DNA of 64,000 nucleotides. Origin: Eledone cirrhosa. Taxonomy: Eukaryota. Positions within the stretch are counted from its first letter, which is position 1. Each line of letters begins with the position of its first letter. Location: the NCBI GenBank assembly GCA_964016885.1, contig OZ024740.1, forward strand, positions 82,832,001-82,896,000, given 5' to 3'. Below are positions 53,952 to 64,000 of the stretch, piece after piece. The notes beneath the pieces are model-generated. The model was not told the DNA's origin and did not search any database. It saw nothing but the letters and a program-made list of their open reading frames with translations. The translations under genes were made by a program, and so were the position numbers.

Positions 53952-55765
53952 TTTGCATTTATCTTGCTTTATGTTTATACGAGTTATCACCAAGTCACAA
54001 CCAGTGACCTCAAGAGACAACAAGGTCCGCCATGTTCAAGAAAGAACACACATATTCACACATGCATCCTTAGTGTTTAGACTTGTGATGTACTTATATT
54101 GACAGGATCTTCCTTAGTATGTGGGCAGTTCCCATTAGTACTATCTTTTGTATTTCTCCTATACGCGGGTTTCCTGGGATTTGCGATAAGTAGTCGTTAG
54201 ACCCCTTAGGTATCATTCCCAGAGCGCCTACAACCACTGGTATTGTTTTAGTTCTCAATTTCCACATTTTTCCAATTTCTATCTCCAGGTCCTTATACTT
54301 GCTCAATTTTTCAAATGTTTTTATAGATACATTCTTGTCTATTGGAACAGACATATCAATTAGCAGGCATACCCTCCTTTGAAAGTCCTTCAATATTATA
54401 TCAGGTCTATTTGCATCTATTTTTCGGTCTGTTTGGATGCTAAAGTTCCACAAGATTGAGATGTGATCTTTTTCAAGTATGGGAGGTGGTTGATGCTCCC
54501 ACCAATTCTTTTGATGGGGCAGGTCAAAATGCTTGCACATTATCCAATGTATGTATTGTGCAGCTCTGTCATGCCTGTTTAGGTATTTGGTTGGAGCTAT
54601 AGGACTGCACATTGAAATTATATGGTCAATGGTCTCTGGTTGTTTTTTGCATACACGGCATAATGGGCTGCACCCATTTTTTATTATGTTGGCTTGGTAA
54701 TTTTTTGTTGGCAGACACTGATCTTGTGCGGATATAATCAGTCCTTCAGTCCCCGATTTCAGTCCAGAGGATGCCAACCACTGATGGGTTAAAGTTTTGT
54801 CAACATCAGGATTGTTAGCTCGCTCTGGGTATTTCCCATACAGAGGCTTTTCTTGCCATTTCTTAGCCAGTTTCTGTAGCAGTTCTTTCTTTGCAGTTAC
54901 TTTTACCTGCTTTGCTTTTTCTGTGTTTTCCATTTCAGCAGTAAATGGGACTTCTGAAATTTGTAGTCCATTACTGTATCTTTGTGCATCTTTTGTAATG
55001 GAATATGATCTTTTGGTGCTTTCGTGTTTCAAAACGAGTTTGATCATCCAATCATGTGATTCCCTTAGATATGTGGATAATCCAATTGTTGCAGTTTTCA
55101 ACGCAATGTCTAACTGGATTAACCCACGTCCTCCTTCTTTCCTAGGGAGATATATTCTATCTATGTCTGCCTTAGGGTGATGCATTCTGTGCATGGTTAA
55201 GAATTTTCGGATTTTTGTATCGAGCCTACGGATCTCTGTGCTTGACCAGTTGATGACATTGTAACTGTAGGTTACTACTGGTATGGCAAGCGTGTTTATG
55301 GCATCGATCCTATTCCTTGCATTCAATTCCGTTCTTAAGATTGCTCTGACTCTGCGGTAACATTCCTTCCTTATCCTTTCCCTCATTGTCGAGTGCTTGA
55401 TTCCGTCTCCTTCACAAACACCTAGATATTTGTAAGTTTGTTCTTGATCAAGCTCTCTTATCACGTTCCCCCGATCAAGATTAATGTCTGAACTCTTCAG
55501 CAGCTTTCCTCTGGTGAACGTTGCTTTGGCGCATTTATCCAGTCCAAACTCCATTTTAATGTCATCACTGAACTGCTTCACAGTGGATAATAGCCCTTGC
55601 AATTGTTCATCATTTTTTGCAAATAGTTTCAGGTCATCCATGTAGAACAGGTGATTAATGGTTTTGTCATAGACTCTATATCCATGTTTTGTTTCATTGA
55701 GCATTTTACTTAATGGTATAAGTGCGATGCAGAATAAAAGCGGTGATAAAGGGTCACCCTGAAAA

Positions 55766-55766
<1 letters not shown>
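53952..55766 (-). mobile_element. R4/Dong-like RLE retrotransposon, family B, 5'-truncated
   Basis: Near-identical to 50072-51870; bounded by (ATT)n on both sides. Confidence 0.9.
54094..55704 (-). CDS. uninterrupted 536 aa RT C-terminal half plus CCHC plus restriction-like endonuclease (truncated TE ORF)
   Basis: YMDD, YKYLG, GGRGL, CRVC..H..C, RHD, RPD..D..K; no internal stops. Confidence 0.8.
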   Translation of the reverse strand: MLNETKHGYRVYDKTINHLFYMDDLKLFAKNDEQLQGLLSTVKQFSDDIKMEFGLDKCAKATFTRGKLLKSSDINLDRGNVIRELDQEQTYKYLGVCEGDGIKHSTMRERIRKECYRRVRAILRTELNARNRIDAINTLAIPVVTYSYNVINWSSTEIRRLDTKIRKFLTMHRMHHPKADIDRIYLPRKEGGRGLIQLDIALKTATIGLSTYLRESHDWMIKLVLKHESTKRSYSITKDAQRYSNGLQISEVPFTAEMENTEKAKQVKVTAKKELLQKLAKKWQEKPLYGKYPERANNPDVDKTLTHQWLASSGLKSGTEGLIISAQDQCLPTKNYQANIIKNGCSPLCRVCKKQPETIDHIISMCSPIAPTKYLNRHDRAAQYIHWIMCKHFDLPHQKNWWEHQPPPILEKDHISILWNFSIQTDRKIDANRPDIILKDFQRRVCLLIDMSVPIDKNVSIKTFEKLSKYKDLEIEIGKMWKLRTKTIPVVVGALGMIPKGSNDYLSQIPGNPRIGEIQKIVLMGTAHILRKILSI

Positions 55767-55819
<53 letters not shown>

Positions 55820-58800
55820 GGCGACCTACGTAGTAAATCGTATCATCGTGAGCTCCGCAAAGGTTTGTTATTTTCAGTTGTTTAAAATTGCCATTTATGG
55901 AAAAATGTTATTGTTCACTGTATATAAGTGCACATACATTGTTATATGAAAAGGACACCCAAAAAGATTGGGGCCTTGAGCCCAAAATTTAAACTTTTAT
56001 AATTATCAAACAAAAGTTTTTCTTTGAAAAATTATCCTCGATTCAGAGTCACACCTTCCTCACAAACTAACACCTGACACCGACACCACCACTGTAAATA
56101 TTACTACGTTTGCCAACACTAAAAATATAAGCCCTGTGCAATATTTTAAATTTGTCTCAGGCACACATTCATTTCCAGCCATTACCAATGACTGCAGGTG
56201 TTAAAGCCCCCCTCCCCACCCACAACCACAGCGACAAGAGAAACAAAAGAAAAAATAAAGTAACTCTTGATATCGAAATAAATTCAACCAAAATGAACTC
56301 TTCCACACCGAACCCAACTGTCGCCACTACCACCACAACTGAAACTAAAATTAACGATAACAAAAATAACGATAACAACGACAGCAACAATGACATTAAG
56401 AAAACTACCCTGTCTTTTGGGAGAGTAGCAAAAAAGTGCAAAGCATTCCAGGTAACACAGGAGTAATTAGAAGAAGCCGAAAAAATGGTAAAGAAAGATG
56501 GGTACAGAGTCAGCCCCCCCCCCCCCCCCACACACACACACACCTAATAAAATGGAGCATCGGCGCCTATGCATCGTGTCTTATCGGACGATTAACATAA
56601 AATCGCGTCGAGTGGTATGGGCATCCAAGTCCCAAATCCAAAGGTTTTGGGACATGTGTGGGCAAAAAAAACCGACATCAGACGTGGGCAGAAATATGGA
56701 AACGTGGACGTGTTCTTTGAAACACCAGAGGAGGCAAAAGAACACTCCATGGCCACATTAAGAAGTGACGACTTCAGACTCGTCCCGAGATATTGTGGCT
56801 AGAGACTCGTGAAGAGCAGGGTAACCCACGTTCAACCGGCCATCAAAATTCCCTGGCTAATGGCTGCCGTTCTCGCCGGCATCGAAGACAACACCATCGA
56901 AGATAACACGAAATAACGAAAGAAAAGCAGGAGAACTGGTCCGAATCTGTGATGGAGCTCCTGATCCAAGCGGACCAAAAAATCATTGAGGAGATCCCAG
57001 AGGTAATAGACCTCACTGAGGACAGCCACCTCACCGTAATCGTTTGTGGTGAAGGAACCCACGTAAGGGCTTTCTGCCCTCAGGCTAAATGGTTGAGGCC
57101 ACCTCTCTTACCCACCCCAGTGACTCAACCATCAACACCACCAGCAGCAGAAATGACAGCAACAAGAGTAGCAGCAGCAACAGAAGCAACTGTAACAGCA
57201 ACAACCCCAGCAACATAAGGAAAACCAACATCACAACCACCCAACGCGCCAGAACTAGCACCAGCGCCAACACCATCCACCACGCCACAACAAAAACCAA
57301 CGCCTGTGGATGATTTTCCACTCCCCGATCTATCGCAACTGGAGACATATTGTGACGAAGAGCAGTGGAAAACGGTATCAGAAAAAAAGAAAAAAAGAAA
57401 AAGAAACCAAAAAAGAAAACATTCTCTTCCCTCCCCCTCCAAAAACAAAATACAGAGGGAAACAAATAAACTATCAAGCAAAAAAGTTAGGACAGGTATG
57501 CCCACCATCCACACCAGCATCACCAACCCCATCACCACAAACACCAACACCATCACCATCATTAACCCCAACACCACCATCACCAACACCACAAAAGTCA
57601 CCAAAAAGTGAAACAGAAACAAACCCACAAGAAAACGCAAACAAAATAACCAAAACGATACACACTACACAGCATTAAATTTGAACAACAACCAATTATT
57701 ACACCAGCATCACAGAAAAAGACTACACAACAACACAAAAGTTCACAGCACCTCCACACATACAAATCACTGACATCACACAGAAAACGTATATGACACT
57801 AAAACAAAAATTCCCCAAAGACATCGGAGACTTCCGACAAGCACTCTCCAGGAGGATTTATAAGGACATCCTTCCGGAGGAGGCCACAAGCAGTGAAAAG
57901 AATGGACAAACCATCCTTCCTCGACGAGAAGTAAGGTAAATGGTCTTTCCCATCTTTTCCACTCCATTTCAACATGACCTCACTCAGAATAGGCAGCATA
58001 AAGGCCCGTGTCTTGGTGTCGTCATGGAAGCAGGGCCACCTGCTCAACAACCTCAGGTCACTAAAAATAGATATAGTGGCCATCAGCGAGATCAGAATCT
58101 CCGAAGCACGGGCCTTCGCACCGATCTTCGGCGGCTACGATGTGTACGCATCTCCCAGCCGTCCTGGATCGGGGGGAGGAGTTGCTGTGCTTTTTCGGAG
58201 AGGTTTGGATCTCGCCATACGGGCCATCTTCCTGGACCCAGAAGGTAAGTTGGTGTTGCTGGACGTGACCAGCGGAGACGGACAAGTTTTCAGGCTAGTG
58301 CCCGTCTATGTCTAGGCAGGAGCAACGCGGCCTGATTTCTTCCGGCGTCTGGAGAACTTTGTTGGAACGTCCCGCTCTTTAGTGTTAGTGGGCGACTGGA
58401 ACGAGATCTTAGATGCACGCTGGGACTGTGTGGGATTAGCGGATAGGGGAGGAGGGTTCAAGAGCCTCACCAACCTGTTCAGGCGTGTTGACCTGTCTGA
58501 CATGGACAAATCGCAGACATGGACAGATATGATCTTCCAGATCATATCTAGATAGATTATTTTGTAGGGAACTAGATAGGTCTAGCATAGGCTGTTCACA
58601 ATTCAAGATAGTCAGCTTCACAGACCACAAATTCGTGATCTGAGTGCTTGACTTAGATAGACTTCATAGACGAGGACCCAGCTACTGGAAGCTAAACGAG
58701 TCCTTAAGAGCGCGCAAGGCTAGCACAGAGCGGATTAGCGAACTAGTTAAGCGGGCGTTGACGGGGGCCACGTGAACAACAAGTGGTGTTTTGCTCTGAA

Positions 58801-61569
58801 AAAGCGATTAAAATAGAGTGCATTGGGTTTAGTAAGGCTTTAGCAATAGGAAAATAGAGCAGAGGGAGTACTAATTAGAAAAGGCATCGCGACCGACGTA
58901 CTTGCGGCGAAATTGGCCCTTGACCAATTGTTCAATGCAAAGCACGAAGGCTGCGTTGTCAGAGCTAGGGTGCGTGCTCTTAGACACGAGGGGACGAAAG
59001 CCGTTCAATGGGCACGAGTGGCAAAGGCGCGTCGTGGCAACAAGCCACGATCCGGTATTTGGTGGATTACGACGGGCGCATGCTACTCGATCCCGGGCAA
59101 ATGTGTGAAGCTTTTCAGCGACACTTCGAACAGCTGTTCGGGGGCAGCGGCGGACCGGATCGAGGGTTGGACTTTAGTGTCTACCTCGACGGATTGCCGC
59201 GGCTTTCGGCCACTGAGTCTTGGTTGCGAAAAGCCGATAACAGCAGCTGAAGTACGGGAGGCAATGACTGGCTGCATATGGGGTAAATCGCCTCGATAGG
59301 ATGGTCTGCCCTATGAACTTTACGTACAGATGCCAGACTTGTTCGGAGGCCTCTTGGCGGACGTCTACTGCAACTGGCAACAGAACGGAAGAATTCCCAG
59401 CTCTGTGGGCCGAGGAACTGTGGCGCTGCTGAGAAAGGATCCGAACAAGGGGGATAATATAGATAATTTCAGGCCCATAACTCTGCTAAACACAGAGTTC
59501 AAGATTTTGGCCAAGGTGCTAGCAAAGAGGTTGGCGCTTGTCGATGGAGGTCTGGTGGGAGAGTCGCAGACATGCGCCATTCCCGACAGATCCATCCACG
59601 ACAACCTCCACCTCATGCGATACATTGTAAAGAGGGTAGCTAGGGAACCTGGCACAGGTGGGTCCTTGATCAATTTAGATCAGTCGAAAGCTTTCGATAG
59701 GATAGACCATCGTTACCTAGCGGAAGTCCTGAGGGCGGCTGGCTTAGAGCCCGTATTCAGAGGCTGGATCGCTGCCATGCACAGCGACATCTGTTCTGTG
59801 GTTAGAGTGAATGGTCACCTTTCAGAACCATTCAACATCATGCGCTCGGTCCGCCAAGAATGTCCCCTCTCGTCCCTCTTGTACGTATTGAATCTCGGGC
59901 CATTACTGCACAAGCTGGAGACGTTGAGCGGGGGGTCCCGCGCGAACTAGGATACGGAAGATACGATGTCACCGCAGTGGTGTCGAACGCCAAACACATC
60001 GAGGCGATCGGTAATACACTAATGGAATACGAAGCGGTGACAGGGGTAATGATCAACCAGGAAAAGTCAGTGGGCCTGCAGCTCGGACCCTTAAGAGGCA
60101 TGTCCAATCCGTCCAACAGCGTCGTGGGGCGCTGGACGGACGGTTAAATTGCTAGGGGTCTGGTTCGGTCCGGACCTCCAGACGGTCAACATCTGGGACG
60201 AGGTGACGAGCAGGGTGGCTTCTCTCACACAGAAATGGGCGGAAGGAAGCTATCCCTGAAAGGTCTAGCGGAGGTGCTAACGCGTACATCGCCGCCGTCA
60301 TCTACTACAGCCAGACCATCGTACCTTGTCCTAAGCCCCGCCTGAATGCGCTAGGGCATTTGCTCTTTCGCTTTTTGTGGAAGGAACTCGCTCCGATGGT
60401 CAGGCGGTCCATCTGCTGTCAACACCCGCTACGTGGAGGGCTGGGCATACCGTGGCTGATGATGCGCAGACACGCGCTCAGGCTACGACATCTCCATATC
60501 TTCCTCAACGGTGATCAGGTTTTGTCGCCGTTTGCTAGACGCGTCTTTCCCCAGGTCGTCTCCTTGACGGAGCTGCAGTCCTGGGTCAAGCGAAGACCGA
60601 GAGGGAGCGCTTGGAGACTGGAATGTCTTCCAGCGCTCACAGCCCTCGACCAATTGGGCAATGTGATCGGTGGAAACTCCACCATGGCGTTCTATATAGG
60701 ATTAGTGGAGGGGAAATGCGACGACGTACTTGGAGAAACTCTAGGCGTCGACGAAAATCAACTAGCCAATCTCTTCGGAAGAACTTTCGAGCCGGGGCCT
60801 ATGGACAACTTCCAGAAATCCCTGGCCTGGAAGTGCTACCGATGAGCTTTGCCAGTTCGGGATAAACTCTACAGGCATGGAGGTGCCGTCACCGGGTATG
60901 TCCGAGATGCACGCAGGGCGACGAAACCGTCCTGCACGCACTCGTCCAGTGTCCGAGCATTGCTGACTTGTGGGTTTATGTCGAACACCTGCTATAACGT
61001 GTAGGACGGATCCAGCTATAGCTGAGTTCATCGTGATGATGGCCCCGCCCTTTTCCTTTAGCCGGGAAGGGAAGGCAGTTTTTTATCTGTCTGGCGGCCC
61101 TGTCGAAAGAGATAGTATGGTGGACACGTTTGAAAGTGCTGAAGACGAGAACTTAACTCTTCGGTGATGCCCTGATTAACTTTTTCAAATTTCATTTGAA
61201 AAGGAAAATCAGGGTAGAGAGGGAAGTGCTCTCTTCCCAGCATTTTGTTAAAAGATGGGTGAGAGAAGCAAGTATGGCCCGAGTGAATGGGCCTACTCTC
61301 AGTATGTGTCTGTAAATGAAAGGTGGAAAACTGGGAGAGGGCACTTGCCCTGGTGGTCAGGGTCACTGTGGCCTTTTAATGGGCTTTCTCCACAAATGCC
61401 CCACGGAAGTCTTCCCCCTATTGGGGAATTCTTCATTGTTATTTTTTTGTTACATCCTCTGTTTTTTTGTTTTTTTACACGCAGAAATGCCCATTTGTAC
61501 CGTCCTGTATTGTCCTGTACTGTCCTTAATGTCTACTTTATGTAGACCCTTGTAGTTAATAAAGAAAGC
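55820..61569 (+). mobile_element. apparently full-length degenerate Tx1/L1-clade LINE
   Basis: ORF1 remnants ~56450-57600; ORF2 57974-61315 with APE (IVAISE, GGVAVLF, LVGDWN, TDHK, YWKLN), RT (NFRPITLLNTEFKILAKVLA, LDQSKAFDR, VRQECPLS) and CPRC..H..C; AATAAA then (ATT)n. Confidence 0.88.
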
Positions 61570-61591
61570 ATTATTATTATTATTATTATTA

Positions 61592-61703
61592 TGAGTTCAA
61601 ATCCCGCTGAGGTTGACTTTGCCTTTCATCCTTGCGGGGTCGATAAAATAAAGTACCAGTAATGTACTGGATAATTGCTGGCCTTGTGCCAAAGGTAGAA
61701 ACA

Positions 61704-61742
<39 letters not shown>
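61592..61742 (+). mobile_element. SINE, 5'-truncated, long (ATT)n tail
   Basis: B-box through tail. Confidence 0.85.
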
Positions 61743-61748
<6 letters not shown>

Positions 61749-61798
61749 GATTGTGATGTTTTTGCACAGACAGACACACGCACACACACACACATATA

Positions 61799-62692
61799 CG
61801 AGGTTGGTCAAAAAAGTACCAGGACTAATGTCACAAAAGATTTATTTCAAACCCAAACTTCACACTAGGAGTTTTCTCTTCAAAGTAATCCCCCTGTAGT
61901 TTCATGTACTTTTCCATCCTTTTCTGCCACGCTTGCATGCCCTCCAGGAAGGATTCTTCCGGGATCCTCCGCAGTTCCGTCGTCACGGCCTTTTTCACGT
62001 CGTCCACGTCTTCAAAACGGGTCCCCTCCGGGTCGTACTCGAAATTCCATAACACATCACTGGTGATGACTTTCCCTAGCAAGTCTGGTTCGGTTTCAAG
62101 ACGCTCGAGGATGTCCTGGCACACTTGCATGCATCGACCCTACTGGTCATCGTTCAGCAGTTTTAGCACCATTTTCGCGCAGTCTTTCCGCATGTCCAAA
62201 TCTTCAGTGAGAATCTTCCAGACGCTGTCCCGATTCATGCCCAGCTCATTTGCCATCAGTCGAACAGTCAGCCGACGATCGCTATGCACCATCTACCTAA
62301 CGCGCTCAACGTTGACCTTAGTCCTGGTTGTTGTCGGCCTTCCTCTCCTGGGGTCATCTTCCACGCCCTCGCGTCCTTCTTTAAACCTCTTTCACCACTC
62401 AAAAACACGTGAGCGTCACATCGTTTCATCTCCATACACTTGCTGCAGCAATCCCAGTGCTTCTGATGGAGTTTTCAAGTTTGATCGTTGCTCTGTGTTC
62501 ATTGCTTGACGACCTGAAACAGAGAACATGTATACAACATTATGAAGAAAAAACTATCATCGCTGCAGAGAGCTACAATTACAGTTACATACTCAAGGGG
62601 GATTACTTTGAAGGAGAAAACTCTTAGTGTGAAGTTTGGGTTTGAAATAAATCTTTTGTGACAATAGTGCTGGAACTTTTCTGACACACCTC

Positions 62693-62693
<1 letters not shown>
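61799..62693 (-). mobile_element. mariner DNA transposon, internally deleted, ~100 bp inverted ends
   Basis: TA flanks; CGAGG...CCTCG ends; transposase remnants VITSDVLWNFEYDPE / GTRFEDVD..WQKRMEK..GDYFE. Confidence 0.88.
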
Positions 62694-62755
<62 letters not shown>

Positions 62756-64000
62756 CATATATATATGTGTACAGTTGTTTGTAATATTCCATTGCAGTAC
62801 CAATACTAATAATTATAATTGTCAACATTTCAAAATATGACATTACAATGCTAATTCAATTACCGGAAAATGAGTATTTACTTTTTTCAAAACATACAAC
62901 TCTAATGAAATTTCCCTATTTTACCAATTATATTACTCCAGTATTATATTATATTTCGCCTTTTGTGCGCATAATCTATACATCAACGCAAATGAAGCAT
63001 ATCTTCAATTATCATTTCATTTGGAATATTTTGTAATATCCATGCATATTAAGGAAATTGCTGCATTACATACAACCACCAATGTATCATCCTGCTATCA
63101 AGTGTATTGTTCAAGTTTTGTATCTCATTAATATCTTAATAGCATTTGTATTGGTCCATTTGCGGTCAGAATTTGATACCTCACTGGTTGCAGTTTGAAT
63201 TATAATATCATTGCATGTTTGATAATATACGTTACTATCACAAAAATGGATTTATATTATTACATAACATTCACCCACCCTAGATTATATATATATATAT
63301 ATATATATATGTCTATCGTACATTGCTTGACTATGTGAACTCTTGCTATGTGGATATCATGTCCAAGGCTCAATACCTTAAACGTTTCCGAATGCTATCA
63401 CTGCTTATGAATACTGTCTTCAATCCACTATTTCTGTAGCCAGATATAAATATGTTCTTTTGAAAATGGAAAGTCGAAGCACCATGAACTTACAGAATGT
63501 ACAAGGAACTTGGCTAACATTGAGAGAGACATAAATATCAGCCTAAGGACTTTTGGCGTTTAAAAAGCAACAACGATTTCAAATAACAACTGGCTATCGC
63601 ATATCCTCTCGTATCTATACGCTATGCTATGTTTATTCATTTATTCTATTTCTTTCTGAAATTTTATTCTAAAGCTTTGAAATACTTCAAACATATTTCC
63701 GTTCTGTATATAGGTATTGCATAATGCATGTGTCATTCTTAAGAAACCTAGTATTTCACACATTAATAGGGGAATTTCTAATGCACTACAAATTGCAGTT
63801 CCTATTCATCAGGTGTCTAGTGCTATTTCATGAGATAAATTGTGTAGGCTGTATGTTTGTGGAATATGGAATGTTAATGAGCATTGAACACAACGAAGCA
63901 CATATTTGAGAACTGATGATGTTCATATATTAACTATTGATTAGGAAATGGTGTGTAGCATTCCTTTAATCAGTGGCAATTTTGTGAATTAAATTTTGTT

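Overview
AT-rich, microsatellite-dense eukaryotic DNA made almost entirely of transposable elements. The SINE family and repeat landscape suggest a cephalopod such as octopus (an inference, not verified). I could not support any host protein-coding gene. Main contents: about 14 copies of one tRNA-derived SINE with an (ATT)n tail; a Penelope-like element (PLE) with a ~1.7 kb inverted terminal duplication (4874-10407); several other PLE GIY-YIG fragments; CR1-like and RTE-like LINE fragments; a full-length degenerate Ty3/Gypsy LTR element (30778-36318, TSD CGGT); a ~17 kb strand-polarised pile-up of R4/Dong-like RLE retrotransposons, Tx1/L1-like LINEs and SINEs joined through (ATT)n; Helitron-like non-autonomous elements; and a deleted mariner with ~100 bp inverted ends. 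The most notable pattern is a set of at least seven short fold-back (palindromic) elements from several unrelated sequence families, embedded in (TA)n. Several carry type I hammerhead-ribozyme motifs, and the window also holds non-canonical cores (U3-A8, and a four-copy U4A family). They look like non-autonomous PLE-terminus or retrozyme-like units. All calls come from reading the sequence by eye, so boundaries are approximate unless a TSD or TIR is quoted.
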